Assembly: GCA_017468925.1 (NCBI GenBank)
Contig: JAFUHI010000009.1
Coordinates: 274,162 to 338,161, forward strand
DNA: 64,000 nt
Origin: Bacilli bacterium
Lineage (GTDB): Bacteria; Bacillota_I; Bacilli_A; RFN20; CAG-826
Reading direction: 5' to 3'
Shown here in pieces: positions 31,222 to 40,569 of the stretch (position 1 is its first letter; every line of letters starts with the position of its first letter). Position numbers and translations under genes: made by a program. The notes under the pieces were generated by a model. The model had not been told where the DNA came from. It did not search any database and was given only the letters and a program-made list of their open reading frames with translations.

Positions 31222-31893
31222 ATGGACCAAAAACAGATTGAAAGCATCGTTAGAGATGTTTTGAATGAATACAAAAACGGAAGCAAAATATCTACCTCTA
31301 GTGATTTTGGCGATATCCCAGTCGGCGTTTCAGCTCGCCATATCCATCTCACCCAGGAACATGTAGATATTCTTTTTGGAAAGGGATATCAGCTAACCAA
31401 ACTTAAAGATCTTTCTCAGCCAGGCCAATTCGCCTGCAAAGAACAATTGACTTTAATCGGCCCTTCCTTGAAGGCGATCGAAGGAGTGAGAGTCCTTGGG
31501 CCAGTTAGAAAAAAATCACAGGTCGAAATATCGAAAACTGACTCATTTGTCCTCAAGGTCAATCCGCCGGTCAGAGAAAGCGGCGATGTGGAGGGAAGTG
31601 CCCCAATCACCATCCTAGGGCCAAAAGGCGTAGTGGAACTTAAAGAAGGATGCATTCTCGCCAACCGTCATATTCATATGTCTCCTGCGGACGCTCAAAG
31701 ATTCGGCGTCAAAGATGGTGATTATGTAGCTACCGATACGGTTGGAAATGGAAAAAGAACAACTTTATGGGATGTCCAAATAAGGGTTTCTGACAAATTT
31801 GTGTTGGAGATGCATCTAGATACAGATGATGCAAATGCCTGTGGCATTGGAAATGGTTCCAAAGTAAAATTGATAAAGAACAAGGAGAGGTAA
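31222..31893 (+). CDS. pduL: Phosphate propanoyltransferase PduL with N-terminal encapsulation peptide
   Basis: 223 aa protein. Two PduL-repeat His blocks (GVSARHIHLTQEHVD; ANRHIHMSPADAQRFG). The N-terminus is QKQIESIVRDVLNEY followed by a Ser-rich linker. Confidence 0.8.
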   Translation: MDQKQIESIVRDVLNEYKNGSKISTSSDFGDIPVGVSARHIHLTQEHVDILFGKGYQLTKLKDLSQPGQFACKEQLTLIGPSLKAIEGVRVLGPVRKKSQVEISKTDSFVLKVNPPVRESGDVEGSAPITILGPKGVVELKEGCILANRHIHMSPADAQRFGVKDGDYVATDTVGNGKRTTLWDVQIRVSDKFVLEMHLDTDDANACGIGNGSKVKLIKNKER

Positions 31894-31898
31894 AAGCC

Positions 31899-32303
31899 AT
31901 GAATAACGAAGAAGCTAGCAAATTATTATCATTATTATCAGATCCAAATCGTTTGCTTATTGTCACTTTATTAAAAGATAAGCATAAGATGGCGGCAAAT
32001 GAATTCCTTTCCTCGCTCACATGCAAGCAAGCCACCTTATCCCACCATTTAACAGAGATGGCTGGCGCAGGACTATTAACCTTCAAGAAAAAAGGGAACA
32101 AAATCTTCTATTCCATGAATAATAGGAAATTTAACGAACTACTCAATTTCCTTGGCAAACTGAGCCAAAAAGAGAAAGAAGAGATAAAAGAAGAACCTAA
32201 AGTCGAGGTCGAAGAGGAAAAGAAAGAGGTCTATCGCGTTGTCGATAGCGACATCATCAAACCAGACCCAGTCAAAATTGAACTTCCAGTCTGGCTCTTA
32301 TAA
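31899..32303 (+). CDS. ArsR/SmtB-like winged-helix transcriptional regulator with Lys/Glu-rich tail
   Basis: 134 aa protein. HTH pattern (LLSDPNRLLIVTLLKDKHKMAANEFLSSL...LSHHLTEMAGAGLL). Starts 6 nt after the pduL stop. Confidence 0.5.
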   Translation: MNNEEASKLLSLLSDPNRLLIVTLLKDKHKMAANEFLSSLTCKQATLSHHLTEMAGAGLLTFKKKGNKIFYSMNNRKFNELLNFLGKLSQKEKEEIKEEPKVEVEEEKKEVYRVVDSDIIKPDPVKIELPVWLL

Positions 32304-32320
32304 TTTCTTAAAAGAAGATA

Positions 32321-32349
32321 AAACCGCTACAGATTGTGGCGGTTTTTTG
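32321..32349 (+). terminator. Rho-independent terminator closing the BMC operon
   Basis: Hairpin AAACCGC-tacagattgtg-GCGGTTT followed by a T-run, 18 nt after the ArsR-like stop. Confidence 0.6.
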
Positions 32350-32396
32350 TTGCCCTCTTCCAATCTTGTTCATAAAATAAAGACAAGAGGTATTAT

Positions 32397-33296
32397 ATGG
32401 AAACATTTGAGGTTGTTTTGCCATCAGGCAAATCTTTGAAAGGCACTTCCTGGGTCAAGGAAGGAAGCACAAGGAATCTAGTGATGCATACAGGCATGAA
32501 TGAATATTCGGCCCGTTATGATAGATTCGCTTTATATTTAAATGAGCAAGGAATTGACGTTCATATTCTTGACGCGGAAGGGCAGGGGAAGAATGTTTCA
32601 TCACCAGAAGAGCAGGAAAAATGGACTGTTGGTGCTTTCGATTTATCAATTGACTGCCTTGCAGAAAAGATTAAAGAATTAAGAAAACAAGGGAAACCCG
32701 TTTATTTAATGGGCCATTCAATGGGTTCATTTATGGTCCAAAGGCTATTAGAAAGATATCCTCATATTTCTGATGGAGTTGTGATATGTGGGTCGAATGG
32801 ACCTAATGCGAAAGGACTAATGTCAATCGCCGCGGTTCTATCGAATATGATTGTCCATAAGGGCAATTGGGATAAGCCATCGGGGCTTCTTTCCAATCTC
32901 GGTTTGGGCGCATATACCAAATCGGTTAAAGATAGGAAAACCGATAACGATTGGCTTTCGTACAATGAAGAGAATGTAAGGCTCTATAACGAAGATCCTT
33001 ATTGTGGGCACCGTAATACGAACGGCTTCTGGAGAGTGTTCCTCAATGGGATGAAATATGTATGGAGACCAAAGGAGATGAAGAAGGTCTCGAAAGAAGA
33101 AAGAATCTTCATCATCGCTGGAGATAGCGATCCAGTTGGCGCGAACGGCAAAGGCCCGAAAGCGTTGTATGATGCATATAAGAAACTCGGCATCAATGAT
33201 GTCACATTAAAAATATATCCTCATATGAGACACGAGATTCATAATGAGGATGATTATTTGACGGTCTATAAAGATATCGCCGAATTCTTGAAATAA
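32397..33296 (+). CDS. Alpha/beta-hydrolase (lysophospholipase/monoacylglycerol-lipase-like)
   Basis: 299 aa protein. Nucleophile elbow GHSMGS. The catalytic Asp and His lie late in the sequence (DSDPV...HEIHNE). Confidence 0.65.
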   Translation: METFEVVLPSGKSLKGTSWVKEGSTRNLVMHTGMNEYSARYDRFALYLNEQGIDVHILDAEGQGKNVSSPEEQEKWTVGAFDLSIDCLAEKIKELRKQGKPVYLMGHSMGSFMVQRLLERYPHISDGVVICGSNGPNAKGLMSIAAVLSNMIVHKGNWDKPSGLLSNLGLGAYTKSVKDRKTDNDWLSYNEENVRLYNEDPYCGHRNTNGFWRVFLNGMKYVWRPKEMKKVSKEERIFIIAGDSDPVGANGKGPKALYDAYKKLGINDVTLKIYPHMRHEIHNEDDYLTVYKDIAEFLK

Positions 33297-33297
33297 T

Positions 33298-33924
33298 TTA
33301 TCTGCCTTTATTTATTCCTAACAAAGATAAGAACGAAAGGATAAATATTTTCGTGTCCAACCCAAGGCTAAGATGGGCGACATAATACGAATCAAGCCTC
33401 GCTTTTTCGTGCGGGTCGTGGCCGCGTCTCATTTTGACTTGAGCGTATCCTCCCACCCCAGGCTTAACCAAATAGGCTGATGGCTCGTAGGAAGAACGAT
33501 CTCTAATAAGCTCGCCTTCAACGTCCTCGCCTTGAGAAGGTCTTGGTCCAATGAAACTCATAGAGCCAACGAAAATATTAAATAGCTGAGGTATTTCGTC
33601 CAAGGAAGTTTTTCTGATGAATTTGCCCCATTTGGTGGTCATATCCTTTTGGGTTGCTTCCGATATGTCGCTTGGGGCGACTTGAGCAGCGTCCACCCTC
33701 ATGGAACGGAACTTAAGAAGCGTGAACATCTTTTTGTTTTTGCCAACTCTTTTTTGCTTAAAGAAAATTGGTCCTTTGGAAGTTATTTTTGTCATGACCG
33801 CACAGAAAATAATCAAAAGAGATAGCAAAATTATTGCAAAAGCCGAGCCAAATATATCAATTGCTCTTTTTACAACTAGATAGAAACGCTGACTTTTTGA
33901 AAAAGAGAATTTCATAGACAACAA
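33298..33924 (-). CDS. Bacterial sugar transferase (initiating polyprenyl-phosphate hexose-1-phosphate transferase, WbaP/CpsE C-terminal-domain type)
   Basis: 208 aa protein with one N-terminal TM helix. Has the conserved KFRSM and PQLFNIFVGSMSFIGPRP motifs of the small phosphoglycosyltransferase family. Confidence 0.75.
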   Translation of the reverse strand: MLSMKFSFSKSQRFYLVVKRAIDIFGSAFAIILLSLLIIFCAVMTKITSKGPIFFKQKRVGKNKKMFTLLKFRSMRVDAAQVAPSDISEATQKDMTTKWGKFIRKTSLDEIPQLFNIFVGSMSFIGPRPSQGEDVEGELIRDRSSYEPSAYLVKPGVGGYAQVKMRRGHDPHEKARLDSYYVAHLSLGLDTKIFILSFLSLLGINKGR

Positions 33925-34015
33925 AGATTATATGCCAAATAGTGCGGTTTTAAAATCGTCAGTTATTTCTCGGGATATGAAAACACCTTTTTAAGGTGTA
34001 TCATATCAACATCGT

Positions 34016-35995
34016 ATGACATTTTTGAAAAGGGGCAATAATAGACATCTTATTCATCTCTTGATGTTTGTTTTATGTTTCTTGTATTTGCTTTTCATGA
34101 GCGATGGATGCTATACGATTGAAGCATTCTTTATGAGTGGGCTTGATGTCCCGACATATCTGATTTTGCTTTTTATTGGAGTGGTGTTATTTGGCTCTTA
34201 TTTCTTATTTGCATACCGTAACTTTAAAATAAAGACAAAGCCGGTATTGCTTGCGATATTCGCATCAATATTTGTTATTCAAACAATCGGTGTTCTGGCT
34301 TTTAGGGGCGTTTTTGATACGGGAGAATTGATGTATTCATTAACTCCCTTTCTTAGAGCACAATTCATTTTTGAGGGTTTTTTCCTTTCGGTAGGGTTTT
34401 ACGCTTTATTCGCCATCGCTCCCCAATGCATTAGAAGCGTGCATTTCGGCAGAATCATCGCTTATTTGATTCTGTTATTAGTTTCCGTTTTGGTGATTTA
34501 TAGTCTTATAACAGAGATGGGTTTATATGTCGAATTCCTTAAGGAAGGACCGACAAACGCTTTCGAGGCTCCGAAATCATTGACTTGGAACCGCAACACT
34601 TTTGGGTATTGGCTGCTTATGGGAACGCTATCCTGCTACTATCTTTATTACCCTTGCAAGAGGCTTTGGTGGTGGATTCCAATCGCTTTACTATCGTTTA
34701 TCCAAGTGTTCACAATGTGTAAAACATCCCTAATTATTCAGGCGATTGTTGTTTTGGCAATGGTGATTCATTTTGTTGCAACTTCGTTTAAGAAACATAA
34801 GGTGATAAGCATCCTGATGCTAGCGGTAGTTGCTTTGGGAGCCTTTTTGGTCGTGTGGAAAGCGGACGCCTTTATTTCGCTTATGAAAGGGGCGGCGACA
34901 AGCACGATCAACGATCGATTGGTCATATGGAATGATACGATGGATTTGCTTGACGATAACCCTGGATCCTGGGCGTTTGGCCTTGGTGGAATGAATTTTC
35001 CATTTGCATTAAATATCCAAAATCTTGGAGTTGATGGGGTTGGTGCTCTTGCGTCGGTGGATTCTGGATTGTTCGAAATCATAGGCCGATATGGAATAAT
35101 TGGTCTTATCATTTATTGCGCCTTCTTGACGTATATCGTTCTCTTGTTCATAAAGGCTTCTAAAAAGAAATACATTTATCTAATTCCAACTATCTTTGTT
35201 TTTGTGGCGACTTTGTTGCACGGAATCACTGAAATAACTTATCTCTTATCTTTCTCTATGAGAAATTCAATTGTCATATGTTTTATCATGATTCCCTTGT
35301 CTAATTTCCTTGAAGAACGTGAAGTTTTGCGAGAAAAGAAAGTCGAGATGGTGCCATACACCCAAAGCGACATCATAAAGACGTTTATGTTCTTCTTTAA
35401 CTTTGTGTTCGCATTTATGCTTGGGCCAATGGCTAAGAAATTTAATTTTTCTTCACCGTATTTAATGGCGTTAGCCGCAATCCTCTATGTTTATTTGCCT
35501 TTCTTAATAACAGGAGTCTTTAGAAGACTTGAAAAAAACGAGAAGTTATTAGGCATTTTCCCATTGATTTTGTTTGAAGGGTCCATTATTTGCTATTTTG
35601 TAGGAGGCTTCACTTCCTTGCCACCGCTTTATCTATTTATAGCCGGTGTTGTTCTATTCATTGCATCTTTTTTCGTTTCCTATTACCGAAACGGCAAAAT
35701 CCCCTCATTATTCGCAGATATATGGCCATATGTTGCAACATTCATTCTCGTCACATCGATAAACCTTATTTGCAACGCATTTGTTCCCATGAGTAAATTC
35801 TATCCTCTTATGATGGTGGCGTTTGATTCACTTATATTCGTTCTTGTCTTTATCGCCAGCCCATTTGCTCAATATTCTTTAGCATTTTCTAATACAGTCG
35901 ATAGAATAGAGATTAGATCATATGAGTTGATCGATAAAATCGAAGATACATTTAATCCGGTTGTTTTGGAGGCAATAGACGATGGAAGAAATTAA
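34016..35995 (+). CDS. Large polytopic membrane protein, possibly Wzy-like polysaccharide polymerase/O-antigen-ligase-like
   Basis: 659 aa protein with about 14 or more predicted TM helices. Lies in a glycan locus between the initiating transferase and the flippase. Function assigned by context only. Confidence 0.35.
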   Translation: MTFLKRGNNRHLIHLLMFVLCFLYLLFMSDGCYTIEAFFMSGLDVPTYLILLFIGVVLFGSYFLFAYRNFKIKTKPVLLAIFASIFVIQTIGVLAFRGVFDTGELMYSLTPFLRAQFIFEGFFLSVGFYALFAIAPQCIRSVHFGRIIAYLILLLVSVLVIYSLITEMGLYVEFLKEGPTNAFEAPKSLTWNRNTFGYWLLMGTLSCYYLYYPCKRLWWWIPIALLSFIQVFTMCKTSLIIQAIVVLAMVIHFVATSFKKHKVISILMLAVVALGAFLVVWKADAFISLMKGAATSTINDRLVIWNDTMDLLDDNPGSWAFGLGGMNFPFALNIQNLGVDGVGALASVDSGLFEIIGRYGIIGLIIYCAFLTYIVLLFIKASKKKYIYLIPTIFVFVATLLHGITEITYLLSFSMRNSIVICFIMIPLSNFLEEREVLREKKVEMVPYTQSDIIKTFMFFFNFVFAFMLGPMAKKFNFSSPYLMALAAILYVYLPFLITGVFRRLEKNEKLLGIFPLILFEGSIICYFVGGFTSLPPLYLFIAGVVLFIASFFVSYYRNGKIPSLFADIWPYVATFILVTSINLICNAFVPMSKFYPLMMVAFDSLIFVLVFIASPFAQYSLAFSNTVDRIEIRSYELIDKIEDTFNPVVLEAIDDGRN

Positions 35996-37847
35996 GGCGA
36001 AACAAAGGAGCGGGAAACTTTCATTCTCGTTTTTTATCGTTTTTTCAACACTTTTCGCTGTGACATTGATGTTTGCATCTAGGCTATCAAGTGAGCTTCT
36101 TTTGAATGGGAATCGTTTCTTATATTTGATAGTTGCAAGTGGAGCCAGTGTTGGGCTTTTCTTATTGTCCTTCATATGCGGAATTTCATATAGAAAAGCA
36201 GGGGAAAACAAATTCAATCAATCTGTGTCGAAATGGAAGGTGTTTATCGCCTTTGTTATTTTAACTGCATCATTTTTCGCATTGTATTTCTGTTACGGTT
36301 ACATTGAAAAGTTATTTGAATCGACGAATACGAATGAGTACACGAACATAACAATGTTTTCTTTTGTCTTTGCCGCCTCCCTCTTCATCGTTTTCATGAA
36401 CATTATTTTCTTGAGAAAAGTAAAACCAAAAGAGCCTCATATCCCAGTCCTTTCGCTTAAATATGAGCCGTATGAAAAGGCTTTGAAGGAGAAAAAACCA
36501 TTTGGTTTTGCAAAAGTCGTTAACGCATTGACACCTTATGTTCTTTGCATCTATGCCTTGATGGTCTTCATCCCTTGGGTCTGCAAGCCGTATGATGGGT
36601 TATATAACATCCTCAATGGAAAAAGCTTTTCTCTAATTTATCGTCTTATTGAAGCGGGGGTGTTCGTTGTTTGGATGCTGCTAATAATGATTTTCAACAA
36701 GAAAGCTCCCGAATTAAATAAATGGCTTTTGTTTGCTTTGATTGGCGGGATGCTCGCTTTTGTGGCGTTTACCAGTGATGTCAAATTTGTCCATGAGTCT
36801 ATGGAAGTTGTTTTGACGAAGAAGGATATAGTTGTACATTATGCGAACATATATTTCGCTTTATTCTTTGCTTTTTCGGCAATGTTCATCATCCCAATAG
36901 CGAAATGCAATGTTCATTCCAAAAACTTGATTCTCTGGCTTTTCTTGCTTATTGGTGTGGCCTCAATTGCTTTTAGTTTCTATAAAGAGTTTGATATGTA
37001 TAAAGAGACTTTGACTCATTTCTCAAGCAAATATAGCGATGAAGTCACATCCTTCTATAAGAGCAAAAATGTTTACGGCGTTATAGTGATGATTTCATTT
37101 GTCTCGTCCACCGTGCTTGCCTTCCAAAAGAAGCGGGTTTTACGCGTGATTTTGCTTGTTTATACATTCTTAGCGGTGGTTTTAACCGGAATAATTTTCT
37201 GCACGACAGCCTTCCTATCCGGCATCGCGTTGATAGCGTTTATGATAATTTGGTTCTTCGTAAAATATGTTAGAAGACACCCAATCACGCTTTCAATAAT
37301 TTATTCTTTGGTTATCTCCGCGATAATAGTGGTTGTCCTTTTCATAACCATCCCAGAACTATATGAATTGAATTCCGTTCTGACTGAATTTAACAAGATG
37401 CTATTCAGAACAAAATTCGCCGATAGGATAACGATTTGGGAACGATTATTTGAAAATTTGGGCGGAAACAAGAATTTCGCCGGAAATGGTTTGATTACTT
37501 TATATTATTTCCCGTTGATTCGTGACAACGTCGTTCAATTGAAAGCGCTGCACAATGGTTATTTGAATCTTTTCGCTTTCGGCGGGGTTGTCTATTTGTC
37601 GTTCTACATTTATATCGTTTTCGATTCATTTAGAAACATTCATCGCTTTAAGAAGTTCGGCAAAAAGCCAATGGCCTTGGCGATTGCATCAATAATTGCT
37701 GCGATGATGGTGTATTCCTTTGCCGAATCAAATGTCATTGGACTTGATTCATCTATCATCGCCCTTTTGCCTTCCCTGGTTGCTCTTACATTCCCAAAAT
37801 GGTATATGCCAGAATTCAAGAAAGAATGGTTGTCTCAGGATATATAA
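35982..37847 (+). CDS. Second large polytopic membrane protein (Wzy-like / unknown)
   Basis: 621 aa hydrophobic protein. Overlaps the previous gene by 14 nt. No soluble catalytic domain recognised. Confidence 0.3.
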   Translation: MEEIKAKQRSGKLSFSFFIVFSTLFAVTLMFASRLSSELLLNGNRFLYLIVASGASVGLFLLSFICGISYRKAGENKFNQSVSKWKVFIAFVILTASFFALYFCYGYIEKLFESTNTNEYTNITMFSFVFAASLFIVFMNIIFLRKVKPKEPHIPVLSLKYEPYEKALKEKKPFGFAKVVNALTPYVLCIYALMVFIPWVCKPYDGLYNILNGKSFSLIYRLIEAGVFVVWMLLIMIFNKKAPELNKWLLFALIGGMLAFVAFTSDVKFVHESMEVVLTKKDIVVHYANIYFALFFAFSAMFIIPIAKCNVHSKNLILWLFLLIGVASIAFSFYKEFDMYKETLTHFSSKYSDEVTSFYKSKNVYGVIVMISFVSSTVLAFQKKRVLRVILLVYTFLAVVLTGIIFCTTAFLSGIALIAFMIIWFFVKYVRRHPITLSIIYSLVISAIIVVVLFITIPELYELNSVLTEFNKMLFRTKFADRITIWERLFENLGGNKNFAGNGLITLYYFPLIRDNVVQLKALHNGYLNLFAFGGVVYLSFYIYIVFDSFRNIHRFKKFGKKPMALAIASIIAAMMVYSFAESNVIGLDSSIIALLPSLVALTFPKWYMPEFKKEWLSQDI

Positions 37848-37850
37848 AAC

Positions 37851-39494
37851 ATGGATGAAAACAACGTAAAAATAAACGAGAAAAAAGAGACAAAGAACAT
37901 CAAAATCGGTGTTGTTCTTTCTTATGTAAGGCTAATCATCCTTGTCGCCGTAAGCATTTTCTATCCTCCATTTTTGGTCGCAAGCATTGGCAAAGAATTA
38001 AATGGCTTATATCAATTTGCCGCTTCAATCCCTGGTTGGCTTGCCTTACTTTCTTTAGGCACTGAAAATGCATATGTAAGATTTGCTACGATTGCTGAAG
38101 AAAAAGGTGGTGAGGAAGAATTAAAGAAGGTCAACGGGTTCTTCTTGATCTTCTTTGGGCTTATTGCCCGTTTGGTTACGCTTGTTGGGGTTGGGGTTGC
38201 ATTTGCCTATCGGTTCGATATTTTGCATTTTGAAAGTGAATCAAGCGATCTCAATGGGCTTTTGGCCATATTAATCATCATCCTTGTTGTTTCTTGGGCG
38301 ATTGATTTTGCCACAGGCATATTTGCTAGATACATTTATTTCAGGGCTCGTTTTGCCTGGAATCAGCTGTTGAGGATATTGGCTAGAGTTATTATTGTCG
38401 GTGGCGCAGTCGCTGCATGTTTGCTTTTCAAAGATAAGCAGATAGAAGCAACGATAGGTGTTGCATTAGCAACGTTAATTGCCCAAATAGTGCTAGATTT
38501 TGGTAATGCCTTTCTTTCAATCAAAAAACTAAAGATGCGTTTTTCCTTTTCTGGCGGAGAGTATTTCAAAAAGATGCTTGGGCAAGTCATTGTCTTCTCC
38601 GTTTTCATTTTCTTGGTGATTATTTTTAATACTGTGAATCTGTATCTGGGAAGGACTGCTTTGGGAAGCCTTTATACAGTTTCCGCAGTAACGATATTTG
38701 CATATTCTATCCAGTTCTATGATTATGGGGAAATCATATCGAAATCAGTTTCTGATAATTTCGCCCCAAGGATTAATAGATACGTCGTTCAGAATAGAGA
38801 TGAAGAGATTAGGAAACTTTTCTTACGTGTTTCCGCAATTCAAATGGTCATCATGTTCCTTGTTGTCGGCGGCTTTATCGCCTGCGGTAGGGAATTTGTC
38901 TATGCATGGATGAGTAAATCTGGCATGGTGGGAGCGGATAAAGACGCTTTATTCTTCATGTCTGCGGCATTGCTAATCATCTGGCTTATACCATTCTGCC
39001 AGGCTTTGGGCGTGGAAATCCAAAGAGCATATAACAAACATAAATTTATTGCTGTATTTAATATCGGTGCTGCGATAGTGAATATCATCTTGACCGTCGT
39101 TCTGGTTAAATTTTTGCCTGATGATTTGAAGATCTATGGCCCAGTAATAGGCATGGCTGTAGCGGTCATTGCCGGAATGGTTGTTGCCTCAAACATCTAT
39201 TATTCAAAGGTTATCAAATTGCCGATAGGGAAGTTCTTTATTTATTTTGGTGTGATGCTTTTAATCACGTCATTTGCTGCAGGTATGACATATCTTTTAT
39301 ACCATTTCGTCAAACTTCCTGAAGACATGAATAAATGGTATGTCACAATCATTAGAGCAGTGACGTTTGTTGTTTTGTATATACCGCCGACCGCGATTGT
39401 TTTCAGAAAAGAAATAAAAGCCAAAATCGATGCTTTTAAGAATAGGCACAACAATAATAAAGACGATGAAGAAGCCAAAACGGAAAATAAATAG
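37851..39494 (+). CDS. Polysaccharide flippase-like MOP/Wzx-family membrane protein
   Basis: 547 aa protein with about 12-14 TM helices and a Lys-rich N-terminus, as typical for Wzx/MATE-like polysaccharide exporters. Assigned by topology and context. Confidence 0.5.
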   Translation: MDENNVKINEKKETKNIKIGVVLSYVRLIILVAVSIFYPPFLVASIGKELNGLYQFAASIPGWLALLSLGTENAYVRFATIAEEKGGEEELKKVNGFFLIFFGLIARLVTLVGVGVAFAYRFDILHFESESSDLNGLLAILIIILVVSWAIDFATGIFARYIYFRARFAWNQLLRILARVIIVGGAVAACLLFKDKQIEATIGVALATLIAQIVLDFGNAFLSIKKLKMRFSFSGGEYFKKMLGQVIVFSVFIFLVIIFNTVNLYLGRTALGSLYTVSAVTIFAYSIQFYDYGEIISKSVSDNFAPRINRYVVQNRDEEIRKLFLRVSAIQMVIMFLVVGGFIACGREFVYAWMSKSGMVGADKDALFFMSAALLIIWLIPFCQALGVEIQRAYNKHKFIAVFNIGAAIVNIILTVVLVKFLPDDLKIYGPVIGMAVAVIAGMVVASNIYYSKVIKLPIGKFFIYFGVMLLITSFAAGMTYLLYHFVKLPEDMNKWYVTIIRAVTFVVLYIPPTAIVFRKEIKAKIDAFKNRHNNNKDDEEAKTENK

Positions 39495-39540
39495 CATTAT
39501 TTATTAATAAAATATGCAATAATCGTAAGGAGGAAACCAT

Positions 39541-40566
39541 ATGAAAGACATATTCGAAGGCAAGACTCTTCTCATAACTGGAGGAACTGGATCTTTTGGT
39601 CACGCAGTTGTTGATAGATTCTTAAATACCGGCATCAAAGAGATCAGGATTCTATCCAGGGATGAAAAGAAACAGGATGACATGAGAAAGTTTTATGACA
39701 ATCCTAAACTCAAATTCTATATTGGTGATATTCGCGATTATAATGCAATAAAAGGTGCATTTTCTGGCGTGGATTTTGTTTTCTCCGCAGCTGCGTTAAA
39801 ACAAGTTCCATCCTGTGAATTCTATCCGATGGAAGCGGTAAAAACTAACATAATCGGTTCAGATAACGTCATTACCGCCTGTGTTGAAAACCATGTTAAA
39901 AAAGCGATTTTCTTATCCACTGATAAGGCGGCGTATCCAATTAATGCGATGGGGATGACAAAGGCTTTGATGGAGAAAAACGTTATCGCAAGATCGAGAC
40001 AATTAAAAGAAGGCGATACTATTTTATGTTTAACTAGATATGGCAATGTCATGGCAAGCAGAGGCAGTGTCATTCCTCTATTCTTGAACCAAATCAGCGA
40101 AGGGAAACCTCTTACTATAACGAACCCTGAAATGACAAGATTTATGATGACATTAGATGATGCCGTTTCGTTGGTTATGTTTGCGTTCGAACACGGAGAG
40201 CAAGGCGACTTGTTTGTACAAAAAGCCCCTGCAGCGACTATAGAGACACTTGCTAAATCCGTCATTGAGTTAAGTGGAAAAGACGCAAAAATTGAATACA
40301 TCGGAACTAGACACGGTGAAAAACTTTTTGAGACTTTGGTGACTCAAGAAGAAATGCTTAGAGCGGTAGATGAAGGGGACTTCTATAGGATTTGCGCAGA
40401 TAATCGCGATTTGAATTACGATAAATTCTTTACCAAAGGCGAGAGCAAATTGAATATAGGAGAATCATATACATCGCACAATACCGAAAGACTTGATGTT
40501 GAAGGCATGAAAAAGCTTTTGAAAAAATTAGAGTTGTTCGGTGGTGAGGTCAAACAACACGATTAA
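39541..40566 (+). CDS. fnlA: UDP-N-acetylglucosamine 4,6-dehydratase/5-epimerase (FnlA/Cap5E/WbjB family)
   Basis: 341 aa protein. N-terminus (LLITGGTGSFGHAVVDRFL...IRILSRDEKKQ) and the YGNVMASRGSVIPLF block are characteristic of the CapE/FnlA subgroup of the CapD/PseB extended-SDR family. Confidence 0.8.
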   Translation: MKDIFEGKTLLITGGTGSFGHAVVDRFLNTGIKEIRILSRDEKKQDDMRKFYDNPKLKFYIGDIRDYNAIKGAFSGVDFVFSAAALKQVPSCEFYPMEAVKTNIIGSDNVITACVENHVKKAIFLSTDKAAYPINAMGMTKALMEKNVIARSRQLKEGDTILCLTRYGNVMASRGSVIPLFLNQISEGKPLTITNPEMTRFMMTLDDAVSLVMFAFEHGEQGDLFVQKAPAATIETLAKSVIELSGKDAKIEYIGTRHGEKLFETLVTQEEMLRAVDEGDFYRICADNRDLNYDKFFTKGESKLNIGESYTSHNTERLDVEGMKKLLKKLELFGGEVKQHD

Positions 40567-40569
40567 TGT

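Noticed and set aside
32239-32439. 66-aa plus-strand ORF spanning the ArsR-like gene end and the next gene start
   Set aside because: It runs through the rho-independent terminator hairpin at 32321-32349 and overlaps two better-supported genes.
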